From: a virus
Reading direction: 5' to 3' (one strand)
DNA: 64,000 nucleotides
IMG/VR virus record: IMGVR_UViG_3300048997_000130
Coordinates: 96,001 to 160,000 of that record
Part shown: one piece after another, positions 35,311 to 44,419 of the stretch
Layout: each line of letters opens with the position of its first letter
Position numbering within the stretch: position 1 is the first letter of the stretch
Notes under the pieces: generated by a model
What the model was told of the DNA's origin: nothing
Databases searched by the model: none
What the model saw: the letters and a program-made list of their open reading frames with translations, nothing else
Position numbers and translations under genes: made by a program

Positions 35311-35799
35311 ATGATAATTTCCATACTCTGGATTCAATCGAGTACATACATTCGAAGTCTTCGAACGGAGAAAATTCCAGTTCAATATTCATTCCATTCG
35401 CATTTTGAAAGTACTATAACATTCCGATCTTGTGCCCGAAATGAATCTTCTCTTTATCAAATCGAATTCCAGAATTCAGGCGATCCAGCTATATTCAATG
35501 TTGATTTTATTAATAATCATGCTGACAATTTAGATACTATTATCAGTTATGTTCCGAAATTGTTTAATAATTCTACAGTGTGTATGGAAGACCATCCTGG
35601 TCCATGCGTTGATGACGCATCTATAAAACGAATCCAATCACTGATAATAGAAGAAGTTTCAAAATTCGTTCCTATCATTGTATCTGAATATGTAACACAA
35701 GCTCTCCGAAATATTAGTTCGCTTCCACCCATTATGTCTGATGAATCCATTCTACAGAAGCTTGCAGAATTTCGTGTACGCGACGTCATGGATGGTTGA
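35311..35799 (+). CDS. family B paralogue with C-terminal tag
   Basis: ends LAEFRVRDVMDG. Confidence 0.85.
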   Translation: MIISILWIQSSTYIRSLRTEKIPVQYSFHSHFESTITFRSCARNESSLYQIEFQNSGDPAIFNVDFINNHADNLDTIISYVPKLFNNSTVCMEDHPGPCVDDASIKRIQSLIIEEVSKFVPIIVSEYVTQALRNISSLPPIMSDESILQKLAEFRVRDVMDG

Positions 35800-35835
35800 T
35801 TTATAAATCAATGTTCATTCAAAATAATTTGATTT

Positions 35836-36273
35836 ATGGGAATTCAAAATAATAATCTCTTGAAAACTGCCAATTGTAAGATTGCCGATTTCTTGGAAGA
35901 TGGTATGGATGAACATTTGAAGGCGCTAGCCGACAACAGTTTGCAAGCTGCTATTATTAGATTTCGAAGTCCAGTTGTGAGTTATATATCAACCATTGGA
36001 TTTTGGTTCGAACATGGACAATCTTTCCTCGTAAAATTCCAAATTCAAACGGTTTCTAGCGAATCGAGCGATCCAAATTTTGCTCAAGTGCATTTCATTT
36101 TTATGACGCGAATTGACACTGATGTAGATCTTCCGCCCATAGCTCTCAACGTATTCAGTTGTATGCTTGATAAGATTTCGAATCTTGGCATGCATACAAC
36201 TGAATCACATTGTTCCAGGCGATTTTCTTATTCCTCGATAATGATTTCGGAAATCTCCAAATCTTCGCTTTAG
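35836..36273 (+). CDS. hypothetical protein
   Basis: 145 aa ORF. Confidence 0.5.
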   Translation: MGIQNNNLLKTANCKIADFLEDGMDEHLKALADNSLQAAIIRFRSPVVSYISTIGFWFEHGQSFLVKFQIQTVSSESSDPNFAQVHFIFMTRIDTDVDLPPIALNVFSCMLDKISNLGMHTTESHCSRRFSYSSIMISEISKSSL

Positions 36274-36291
36274 AAGCAGGTGAGATTTCAA

Positions 36292-36654
36292 ATGAACAAT
36301 CCGCAAAACAAATATCCGTTTCCCACCAAAGCTCAAATCCTTGCCAGTCAGGCGTCAGACGGCACTTGTCTCGAACACTTCGGGATTCTCATGGCTCGCC
36401 AAACCAATGATGAACATGAAGAGAAGACCACCAAATGGAAGAATCGCCGAGGTCTGATGTCTTCGCATGCGGTTCGCGGCACGGAACTGTGGGAGAAAAT
36501 TGTGGCTTGCGAAGATCTCAGTGAGAACGACGTCGCAGAAGTTCGCTCCATCGTGTCTCGCTACGGCAAGCAATTGGCCGCTCATTATCGCGATGAGATG
36601 TTCCGTAAAAACCCTGGAATGCAAGAAGTCGCAGCCATATTCAGCGCTAATTGA
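36292..36654 (+). CDS. hypothetical protein
   Basis: GCAGGTGAG upstream; QTNDE...NRRGL motif. Confidence 0.7.
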   Translation: MNNPQNKYPFPTKAQILASQASDGTCLEHFGILMARQTNDEHEEKTTKWKNRRGLMSSHAVRGTELWEKIVACEDLSENDVAEVRSIVSRYGKQLAAHYRDEMFRKNPGMQEVAAIFSAN

Positions 36655-36703
36655 CAATTTGACAATCCGGTGTAATTTCTTTCATAAGAGTTGTCGATAA
36701 TCA

Positions 36704-37225
36704 ATGTATTGGAACCGTTGGAATTTAAAAATGAATAATATTAATTGTTATTTGCCTCCTAGTACGTCATCTATCAATATGTCGCAGTCCGGAGTCCGGA
36801 CTCTCGTAATTGAAAATTTAAATCGTCTCGAGCCATATCTTGAGAAATTGGAAAAACGACAGTTTGAAGCATCTTCGGAATATCTTGATAAACATCTGGT
36901 TAATCGATTCCTAAAAACTATCGTGGGAATTAAGTCATTGGAGAAATTCGGACAATATTTGACTTTAATCATGCTTAATCGGGCTCGTATTAAAACTCAT
37001 AACGTTCAATTGGAAGAAAATATCGAGCGATATCGGATTTGCATTAAACGTCTTAAAGACATTTTAAGGCTTTCCAGATTCTCGAAAGTTGTTCATATCG
37101 ATGCTCGGGATTTGCGTTTGCTTGCGTTCGAAGGTTGGGATAAAGAACAAGAGTATATTAGGCAGGCTTTTCCTGAATATTACAAGAATCATAATAACGA
37201 AGTTGATGTGGACAATCAATCGTAA
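36704..37225 (+). CDS. hypothetical protein, paralogue of 37257..37715
   Basis: shared IKRxKDxLR...DLRxL..E..Y; stop inside GTAAAT. Confidence 0.75.
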   Translation: MYWNRWNLKMNNINCYLPPSTSSINMSQSGVRTLVIENLNRLEPYLEKLEKRQFEASSEYLDKHLVNRFLKTIVGIKSLEKFGQYLTLIMLNRARIKTHNVQLEENIERYRICIKRLKDILRLSRFSKVVHIDARDLRLLAFEGWDKEQEYIRQAFPEYYKNHNNEVDVDNQS

Positions 37226-37253
37226 ATCAATTTATTGATTTTGTAGGAATGGA
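37222..37253 (+). promoter_or_regulatory. promoter/RBS cassette copy 1
   Basis: GTAAAT-N14-TGTAGG-AATGGA; 31/32 identical to 37721..37752. Confidence 0.8.
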
Positions 37254-37256
37254 CTG

Positions 37257-37715
37257 ATGCATCAAATCGTCGCTGGAATATCTCTTGTAGAAATTGAATC
37301 ATCAACAGTTATTCAATTGGCCATCCAATCTTTAAACTTGGTTGAACCATTGCTCAAGAATGTAAAGCGTAAACAGCATGAATTAACATTTACAGCTTTA
37401 GATAATATGACTGTTTGGGAATGGATAAGAGTCCATTTGAAACCCATTCCAATTTGGGGAGTCCAAATTAATAGATCAATTACGGATAGATGTGTGAAGA
37501 AAGCAAGTATTAAAGCCATTAACTCCGCACTGAATAATCAAAGCAATGATTATGAGTCAATGATTAAACGTATCAAAGACTTGCTTAGAATGACTCGTCA
37601 CAATAATACTGTTTGGATATCGGCTATTGACTTGAGGATCTTGCATTGTGAAAACGGTCTTCAAGAACGTGAATATTTCCATACGCATTATCCTGACTAT
37701 CGAGGTCATGATTAG
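37257..37715 (+). CDS. hypothetical protein, paralogue of 36704..37225
   Basis: see above. Confidence 0.75.
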   Translation: MHQIVAGISLVEIESSTVIQLAIQSLNLVEPLLKNVKRKQHELTFTALDNMTVWEWIRVHLKPIPIWGVQINRSITDRCVKKASIKAINSALNNQSNDYESMIKRIKDLLRMTRHNNTVWISAIDLRILHCENGLQEREYFHTHYPDYRGHD

Positions 37716-37720
37716 TAATT

Positions 37721-37752
37721 GTAAATAAATTTATTGATTTTGTAGGAATGGA
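37721..37752 (+). promoter_or_regulatory. promoter/RBS cassette copy 2
   Basis: direct repeat of 37222..37253. Confidence 0.8.
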
Positions 37753-37754
37753 TT

Positions 37755-37970
37755 ATGCAGAAGAAACAATCATTGGAAGAATTTTTCAGAGTCTATACCT
37801 GGAAGATTATCGGTATCATGGCTTGCGCCATAATGATTGTTCTTTATGTTGTTGGAGCTCTGTTCATTTTTCCTAAAGAATATTTTCTCCCATCATTCTT
37901 GATGATCATATACTTCAGTTTCCAAGCAGGTATTCTTGTCCAACAATTTAAGAATCGAGGTGCCCCTTGA
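37755..37970 (+). CDS. membrane protein (2 TM)
   Basis: two hydrophobic helices. Confidence 0.7.
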   Translation: MQKKQSLEEFFRVYTWKIIGIMACAIMIVLYVVGALFIFPKEYFLPSFLMIIYFSFQAGILVQQFKNRGAP

Positions 37971-38163
37971 AGGTCTGATTAAACCCAATTAAATTCCTCT
38001 ATTTGATATGTGATTGATATGGCATAGTGCCGAATGTTTGAATTAATATTTACTCAGGTGATCGTCATGTGAACGCAATTCTGCGCCAACTTTCATGTTG
38101 GCAGGTTAGACTCCTAACCCAAAAATCTGCTAATATTTATAAAATCAATAACCATTATGGTTC

Positions 38164-38200
38164 AAATTATGGGAGAAAGCCTGGCTTTCTCCCATAATTT
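38164..38200. terminator. 17-bp perfect hairpin, 3-nt loop
   Basis: AAATTATGGGAGAAAGC-CTG-GCTTTCTCCCATAATTT. Confidence 0.65.
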
Positions 38201-38238
38201 TATGTGTAAATTAATATAATAGTTATTTAATTACAGAC

Positions 38239-38547
38239 ATGATATCTAGCAAACAAGATTTGGTTTGGCAAGCTCGAATGGTAGCCGCTCGTGGCAAATG
38301 GATCGTAGACAGCATCCATAACGGTAAGAATCGAGACTTCTTATGTTATCTTCCGGAAGCTGCAGAGGACGGCATCTGCGGGATTTACGTGTCAATTATC
38401 GGGAATCGGGCGAACGCTGGATATTACTCCGGTGCGATTCCGCATATCGGAGATGCAATCTTCACAATCGTATGGCAGAAAGAATTCACGACTGTAAATG
38501 AGGCGTTCTCGAGAGTGTTGGGACGTCTTGGTATCAATCTCATTTGA
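38239..38547 (+). CDS. hypothetical protein
   Basis: 102 aa ORF. Confidence 0.7.
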   Translation: MISSKQDLVWQARMVAARGKWIVDSIHNGKNRDFLCYLPEAAEDGICGIYVSIIGNRANAGYYSGAIPHIGDAIFTIVWQKEFTTVNEAFSRVLGRLGINLI

Positions 38548-38558
38548 AAGAATTATGA

Positions 38559-38798
38559 ATGGCAATCATTGATCATCCGACTCGTAAATGTGGCTATGAA
38601 CTTTTCGATTATAAACCCTCAAAGGTTGTCCAATGCGAATTCTGTCGCGCTTTGTGTTCGCATTCCGGGCATGACGCTGGCGAAGCCGCTGATCAGGCTC
38701 GGAAAGTCGGATGGCAGACTGTGCGTGGTCGTATGCGATCGGATCCCAAACAGTGGGCTTGTTCGGAATGCATTAAGAAGCCTGATATTTGGACGTAA
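38559..38798 (+). CDS. Zn-finger protein
   Basis: CEFC...WACSEC; stop inside GTAAAT. Confidence 0.7.
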   Translation: MAIIDHPTRKCGYELFDYKPSKVVQCEFCRALCSHSGHDAGEAADQARKVGWQTVRGRMRSDPKQWACSECIKKPDIWT

Positions 38799-38847
38799 AT
38801 TTACTAACTAGTTAGTATTTAAACCAACTATATCTTGGAGTATAAAT

Positions 38848-39213
38848 ATGCCATATTACGTAAAGACTCATCGAATGTTGTTCAATTTGTGTCGTTTGAA
38901 TTTGGCGACATTCGATGAGATTGAACAATGCCGGATTTTGGTTTTGGACGAAGACCTTAAAGAAATCAGCATTCATATTGAACAGCAAACTCGGAATTTG
39001 ATTGAAGATAGACAGCAATTGGCTCTATTGCCCGGAATCGATTTGAAAGTAGAACAAATATATATTATGGAACGCCATCGTGATGAACTCTTGGCGATGA
39101 AACGCCAAACACATAAGCTCACGAGCTCCATGATGAACGTCCTGTATAATGGGATCGTTCCACCATGGGCTCGTCCTAATTCTAATATCAAGTCTTCCAA
39201 AACGATATACTGA
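38848..39213 (+). CDS. hypothetical protein
   Basis: TGGAG SD. Confidence 0.7.
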   Translation: MPYYVKTHRMLFNLCRLNLATFDEIEQCRILVLDEDLKEISIHIEQQTRNLIEDRQQLALLPGIDLKVEQIYIMERHRDELLAMKRQTHKLTSSMMNVLYNGIVPPWARPNSNIKSSKTIY

Positions 39214-39253
39214 GAAACATCTGATACTCAATATCCGAACAAGAGATTTTCCA

Positions 39254-39706
39254 ATGTCCTATACTACACGGATTCCGGTTGAAGGCGTGGATAATGCGTT
39301 TGTTATTCACAATTCTGATTTCTCAGGCGACGTAGTTGTCTGTTGGGGGAATGTCACCCCTGATAATGGATTGAATAATCCTGCTCACCGGGTGACTTTG
39401 CCGGGTGAGTTGCTCCTTCAAATCAGTGCTTGCGCTGCTTTCGAATATTTCCGAGCCAAGACTATTTCATTTTTGGAGGGGCTCGAACCCAAATTTATGA
39501 TTCGATCTGCGTCTCGATCAGATATCCGGAAGAAAGAGCGAGATAATATAGAAGAATTTGTTCGCAATCTTGGATATTCTATATGCGCCGATAAAATAAA
39601 GGCGCTCGGAGAGCCATTCCAAGCCTTGAATGACAGTTCTCGCAGTGATGCCGGTCTTGGAAATTTCGATGAGCTTCCTTGCAGCTCGGACGAAAAGTCT
39701 CCGTAG
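39254..39706 (+). CDS. hypothetical protein
   Basis: start MSYTT. Confidence 0.65.
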   Translation: MSYTTRIPVEGVDNAFVIHNSDFSGDVVVCWGNVTPDNGLNNPAHRVTLPGELLLQISACAAFEYFRAKTISFLEGLEPKFMIRSASRSDIRKKERDNIEEFVRNLGYSICADKIKALGEPFQALNDSSRSDAGLGNFDELPCSSDEKSP

Positions 39707-39734
39707 TAATTTGGACTAAGACCGAAGGAAAGGA

Positions 39735-39777
39735 AACAGCAGCCTGAGGGTAAAAAGGGGAACCTCAGGCTGCTGTT
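39735..39777. terminator. 15-bp perfect inverted repeat
   Basis: AACAGCAGCCTGAGG-13 nt-CCTCAGGCTGCTGTT after gene end. Confidence 0.65.
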
Positions 39778-39889
39778 AGAGAGGTACTCAATCCGTCGTC
39801 TTGTCTATAGTAATAATAACACTTTCCGTTCCTTCCAACAAGTTGCAAATCGGATACCCATCCCTGTAATCCTCCTAGAGAGATTATAG

Positions 39890-40162
39890 ATGTCCAGTAA
39901 GAAAAAAGCCACTGTCCGCGATTTGTTTATTGGTGCTGTCATTCGAATAATTCCAGAAGATGGCAATATTGACGCGTTCGAAGACGCTATTATTGTCGAA
40001 CAAACACTATTTGGCTGGCGCTGCGTTCGCCCCTATGTGTTTGTTCTTGGCAATGGACAATTTGAAGTCCGAACCGAAATCTACATATTGAGCGAAAATA
40101 CTGTCCAGAAGAGATTAGTGGAAGTAATTTCGCCAAATCAAGATATCGGATTTGCTACCTAG
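39890..40162 (+). CDS. hypothetical protein, paralogue of 17647..18000
   Basis: VRDLFIGAVIR..FEDAII..RPYVFV. Confidence 0.7.
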   Translation: MSSKKKATVRDLFIGAVIRIIPEDGNIDAFEDAIIVEQTLFGWRCVRPYVFVLGNGQFEVRTEIYILSENTVQKRLVEVISPNQDIGFAT

Positions 40163-40173
40163 GGGGTAAATAA

Positions 40174-40695
40174 ATGAAACACTTTCGTAATGTTATGATG
40201 AAATCCGATCCCAATCTATCTACTATCATGAAACTACATACTTCAATGTTCCCGAATGATGAAGAAGTCACAACCATTTACGTAGGTTCTGCAGCCTCTG
40301 CTGTAGAAGAGAAGACTCGACCGGATATCTATATTAGTATCATGGCAGCCGGTCATATTCATGGATTTGCGGAAGCTGAACATTATCCGTGGCAAAAACC
40401 CAGTACATTCTGGAGTTGCGTGGCCGACGCTCAAGTGCCAGAACTCAATTGTGAACAACGCATACAATATATCAAAAATTTTTTGGAAGGGGTTGCACAT
40501 TATTACGAACTCAATAACGTGCCGACTTTGGATGAATATGCGGTTTTGCAACAAATATTGAATAATAAAGATGATGCAGAAGAGGAAGAACTGGATAGGG
40601 TGACAGATTCTCTCATTCAGTCTCTTCCTGCGACGCATGAACACTCTGGCGTATTCGATAGGATTAAAAATATTTTCCAGAGGTTTGTTGCATAA
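40174..40695 (+). CDS. hypothetical protein
   Basis: 173 aa ORF. Confidence 0.7.
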   Translation: MKHFRNVMMKSDPNLSTIMKLHTSMFPNDEEVTTIYVGSAASAVEEKTRPDIYISIMAAGHIHGFAEAEHYPWQKPSTFWSCVADAQVPELNCEQRIQYIKNFLEGVAHYYELNNVPTLDEYAVLQQILNNKDDAEEEELDRVTDSLIQSLPATHEHSGVFDRIKNIFQRFVA

Positions 40696-40746
40696 ACTGA
40701 AAATTCTGTAGCTTAAGATTTTATCTTGTATAATTTTATAAGATAA

Positions 40747-40956
40747 ATGAAAACTTTAGCCCATTTTGCAATTGATATTCAGCGTGATATGTGTTTAGAG
40801 CTTTCAGGTAGTCAATTTGAAGCCTTAATCACTATGCTCCAGTCGGATCCCGAAGCTGAAACTAAGAGACTATGGGAACTTCGACCCAAACAAGTGATGA
40901 TTGAAATTAATAAACGGATGGAATTCGATAGACAAATATATCAAAATTCGTTCTAG
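40747..40956 (+). CDS. hypothetical protein
   Basis: 69 aa ORF. Confidence 0.6.
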   Translation: MKTLAHFAIDIQRDMCLELSGSQFEALITMLQSDPEAETKRLWELRPKQVMIEINKRMEFDRQIYQNSF

Positions 40957-40983
40957 TCTTGATGTATGTTGTTGAGATAGGTA

Positions 40984-41166
40984 ATGGAAATGGCCGATAT
41001 TATCTCAACAACATCTGGTACTACGGATACTAAAATCGCTCTATGGAAAACATTACGAGCACATTGTTCAATGGCGGAAATTGTGGAGTTGCTGCGTTAC
41101 GAACTTGAACAAAATGGTAGTATGGTATCCGAAAGATTGGCTAATATACTTAAGAAATCATTATAA
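40984..41166 (+). CDS. hypothetical protein
   Basis: 60 aa ORF. Confidence 0.55.
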   Translation: MEMADIISTTSGTTDTKIALWKTLRAHCSMAEIVELLRYELEQNGSMVSERLANILKKSL

Positions 41167-41211
41167 TATATGACATTACTATGTGTAATATATTCTGACG
41201 AGATATGACAT

Positions 41212-41385
41212 ATGTTCCATTGGTGCGGCAATCCATTCCATGATCTTCCGATGCTGTTAATAACGATGTTTCCTGTTCTTGGCTCGATCGTGGAATTTCT
41301 TCGAATACAAATCACTCGCCGTTTTATTTCTCATCACAATTGCAATCATGGATCTACCGATAATAGCCAGAAGGATTGCTCTTGA
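41212..41385 (+). CDS. small membrane protein (57 aa, absent from ORF track)
   Basis: MFHWCGNPFHDLPMLLITMFPVLG...HHNCNH. Confidence 0.5.
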   Translation: MFHWCGNPFHDLPMLLITMFPVLGSIVEFLRIQITRRFISHHNCNHGSTDNSQKDCS

Positions 41386-41389
41386 TCCG

Positions 41390-41668
41390 ATGCGCAAGTC
41401 GATTTTGACGACGCGTACACGTATGGATTCTACTGCTCCCGGACCTTCTAGGCTTCGTCATTTATCGGAATTAATCCAATATTTAGAGTCAGATATTGAA
41501 CATGCTGTATTGATATGGTCAAATATTGATTGGATAGCTATTTATCGCAACAAATCTTCACCTCGTTACTATATAGTCTCTAGGCTTCCAACCAAAGACA
41601 TTGATAACAAACTGGGAGACAAAATCAAAACGGCTGATGATGCTATCGACGCTGCATTGCAAATTTGA
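41390..41668 (+). CDS. hypothetical protein
   Basis: start MRKSI after AAGGA. Confidence 0.6.
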   Translation: MRKSILTTRTRMDSTAPGPSRLRHLSELIQYLESDIEHAVLIWSNIDWIAIYRNKSSPRYYIVSRLPTKDIDNKLGDKIKTADDAIDAALQI

Positions 41669-41693
41669 TATTTCCAGTTTCATAACCGAGATA

Positions 41694-42089
41694 ATGAATA
41701 CAAAAACCAAAACTACGGGCGATTGTTCTCAAGTAGGATCTAACAGAGAATTCTATTTGAAATTTCTCATCGATAACAATGCAGCTACGGAGGCCGAACG
41801 TACTGAATATATGATGATAATACGACCTCGCGTATTTCGGAAATGGACAGAACGGGGGATTTTACCTGGGACGCCACGTACTGCTAGTGGTGAACTGGAA
41901 CGTAATGTTTTACTAAATGTGAACGGGATCGGTGATTACTGCGTCAGTACATTGCCGAAAGGTCGTGGAGAAGAACTCCAGGGAATCATCGATCAACTTA
42001 CGACTTTATCTCCTGAAGAGCTTCTTATTATGAGTGAAGTGATATTTTCTTTGAGTCGTAAATCCGGACTAATCCGAGAAAGACTCTAA
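41694..42089 (+). CDS. hypothetical protein
   Basis: start MNTKT. Confidence 0.65.
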   Translation: MNTKTKTTGDCSQVGSNREFYLKFLIDNNAATEAERTEYMMIIRPRVFRKWTERGILPGTPRTASGELERNVLLNVNGIGDYCVSTLPKGRGEELQGIIDQLTTLSPEELLIMSEVIFSLSRKSGLIRERL

Positions 42090-42112
42090 ATAACTTTGCA
42101 AATTCTTATTTA

Positions 42113-42352
42113 TTGTATGTAGTTCACGGTTGGATGATGAACCCTTACCCGAACCCACGAAAAACAGTTTTCCTTCCAAATCTTGAAGGATTCCGATTCA
42201 TTGGTGTTTTTCGTGACAATTCAATTCGTGAATGTGTTATCACAATTAATGAATCGGGTCTACACTCCGTAGATAATTACGATAAATTGGTAGGATGGTT
42301 TGAAATAAATTCAATGGCTCTATGTAGTCCAACCTCCAATTCTTCTATATAG
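42113..42352 (+). CDS. hypothetical protein
   Basis: start may be the internal MMNP. Confidence 0.55.
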   Translation: MYVVHGWMMNPYPNPRKTVFLPNLEGFRFIGVFRDNSIRECVITINESGLHSVDNYDKLVGWFEINSMALCSPTSNSSI

Positions 42353-42418
42353 AGCCGGCATGAGCTCCCGGAGGTCTAAGCCCAACCTCCAAAACTAAGC
42401 CCCTGATTCTTCGGGGGC

Positions 42419-42862
42419 TCATGCTTCTTTAATGATGCTTTCAAATCGAACATCCATTATTTCTTGGATTACAGGTTTCCGAAACATAGAAACGACGTCG
42501 TCTTCGGAGACTATTTCATTTAATTCTTGAAATGTAAAATTCAGATATTTCATAGTTGTTAAATATCTGATTTTGGTCAGATATTTAGAAAGATCAACAT
42601 TATTAGGTGTCCAATTAATTATAAGTTGTGATAACTGTGTATTTATTGCTGATATTATAGATAAATCACTATCCAATATATTACAATTCAACAAATGTAA
42701 TTCTTCGTTAGTTTGATCTTTGACTAATGTGAATCTAACGATCATCTGAATGTCATTCCATGGGCCTTTTCCAGAAAGCGAATGAATTTGACCAATGATT
42801 CGGCCTCCTGGAATCACCAATATAGGTTCAAATGGCTCATATATTGTTTCTGATAAAGACAT
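42419..42862 (-). CDS. hypothetical protein with tag followed by a 10-aa extension
   Basis: ...VVSMFRKPVIQEIMD-VRFESIIKEA. Confidence 0.7.
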   Translation of the reverse strand: MSLSETIYEPFEPILVIPGGRIIGQIHSLSGKGPWNDIQMIVRFTLVKDQTNEELHLLNCNILDSDLSIISAINTQLSQLIINWTPNNVDLSKYLTKIRYLTTMKYLNFTFQELNEIVSEDDVVSMFRKPVIQEIMDVRFESIIKEA

Positions 42863-42870
42863 AAAATTTG

Positions 42871-42942
42871 TCCACCATGCTGGACTTGAACCAGCCCGCC
42901 AACCTTATAAGAGTCGGCAGCTCAACCCGAGCGTTATGGTGG
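42871..42942 (-). tRNA. tRNA-Ile(UAU), short D-loop, no encoded CCA
   Basis: acceptor CCACCAT/ATGGTGG, D-stem GCTC/GAGC, anticodon loop CT-TAT-AA, T-arm GCTGG-TTCAAGT-CCAGC. Confidence 0.75.
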
Positions 42943-42979
42943 GGAGGGGGTGTGAATAACTATCTAACGGCCGGTACTA

Positions 42980-43516
42980 TTATTCTTCCATAGTTCCACT
43001 AATTATAGCTTCTGACCAAGCGTCTGTAACATCAGATTCTGTCAGATGTCTACCATATTGTTTCATTGTCGCAATTAACATATGTTTATAAGCTATCGAT
43101 TTACATTTTTTCCAAAGTTCCCATAGACTCGGACCATCAATTATTATTCTATTTGGAGTTTCCGGACATAACAGTCCAACCAATTTAAGATTGAGATTAT
43201 CAAAAAATGATTTCGGATCTTCGCTTAACACACTAAATGATTTTACAATTATGTCTTTATTGTCACATTCTATCGATATATCGACACAAGGTCGAAGCTT
43301 AAAAGTAGCTATTTTTTTATAATCACAATAAATTATGATGCGTAACGTGGCTAGTTCTAAATCAATGATTATTTCATGTGGATTAGTCCTCCCTTCCATT
43401 CTCACAATTGGCGGTATTCCATATAAACTGCCAGTTGTAGCCCCTTGAGCGCCAGCAAAAGACCCAGATATTGGTGTTGGGCCTACAGGGACTGATGATT
43501 TAATGATCGGAATCAT
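42980..43516 (-). CDS. hypothetical protein with C-terminal tag
   Basis: ends SDVTDAWSEAIISGTMEE. Confidence 0.75.
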   Translation of the reverse strand: MIPIIKSSVPVGPTPISGSFAGAQGATTGSLYGIPPIVRMEGRTNPHEIIIDLELATLRIIIYCDYKKIATFKLRPCVDISIECDNKDIIVKSFSVLSEDPKSFFDNLNLKLVGLLCPETPNRIIIDGPSLWELWKKCKSIAYKHMLIATMKQYGRHLTESDVTDAWSEAIISGTMEE

Positions 43517-43779
43517 TTAAGTAAGAATTGTAACGTATCACGCACTACCGAATTCCTATGTTTAATAGCTTCGGCACTATCCGGATCCATACCGCCTGAA
43601 TATAAATCTGATTCTTCAATAATGGCTTCCATAGAATCCAGTAAATTATCTTTATTAATCATCGACAATCTGGAGAAAAACACATCTTGGACAGTCATCA
43701 CAGGTTGAACTTCTGAAGTGTCAACTTTCTTTTCATTGGACACGGAAGAAATCCTTGGATTCCCGATTAATTCATGCAT
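43513..43779 (-). CDS. hypothetical protein
   Basis: ATGA overlap. Confidence 0.65.
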   Translation of the reverse strand: MHELIGNPRISSVSNEKKVDTSEVQPVMTVQDVFFSRLSMINKDNLLDSMEAIIEESDLYSGGMDPDSAEAIKHRNSVVRDTLQFLLK

Positions 43780-43806
43780 TGATCAGCTCCATCATAAATA
43801 TTACAT

Positions 43807-44097
43807 TTACCATCCATTATCAGTGGATTCAGGCTCAGCTTCGATAATCGGACTCCCGCAACGAGGACATTCATCAGGAACGATTCCGGATTCATGGTCT
43901 ATTAATGGGTTCCAACCACAATGTGTTCCTTTTACGGATAATACATGAATACATGGCTGATGTTCCCCACAATCACACGCATATCCAAAATCAATGTTGA
44001 CGTTGGGATCAAATTTTTCAACCATTTGCACAACATAAATATGTCCATGATCCTCGACGGTAGTTGACCATTTAAACCAAGTTGTGCAAGCCCGCAT
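43807..44097 (-). CDS. SWIM-like Zn-finger protein
   Basis: CDC-x5-CIH plus CPRCG. Confidence 0.6.
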   Translation of the reverse strand: MRACTTWFKWSTTVEDHGHIYVVQMVEKFDPNVNIDFGYACDCGEHQPCIHVLSVKGTHCGWNPLIDHESGIVPDECPRCGSPIIEAEPESTDNGW

Positions 44098-44162
44098 TTT
44101 TTCTCTAAATATTGATAAATAAATCCATCATTAATTTTCGTCTTAATTGTCTTCAGTTAAGA

Positions 44163-44387
44163 TTATTGAGATAACAGAATAGCTAGAATCAAACTCGCTT
44201 GTGCGGAAACATACACCGGATTACCATTCATTACGTTATATATAGTTATCGAAACCAATGGGCTTCGAAACTTAATATATTTTAATCGGAATGGAATTAT
44301 TCCACCGGACATGGAAATTTCCATATCAGCTGAATTATCTGTGTTCCATTGAATTAATTCAACACGATCCGGATATTTATCCGCCAT
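44163..44387 (-). CDS. hypothetical protein
   Basis: 74 aa ORF. Confidence 0.5.
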   Translation of the reverse strand: MADKYPDRVELIQWNTDNSADMEISMSGGIIPFRLKYIKFRSPLVSITIYNVMNGNPVYVSAQASLILAILLSQ

Positions 44388-44419
44388 CTTTTGAAAAAGA
44401 TTTTGAATGACTGTATTAA

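Larger units (their letters stand above)
34681..35324 (+). repeat. exact 30-nt direct repeat across gene junctions (34681..34710, 35295..35324)
   Basis: TATGGACGGTTAAATCATGATAATTTCCAT. Confidence 0.9.
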
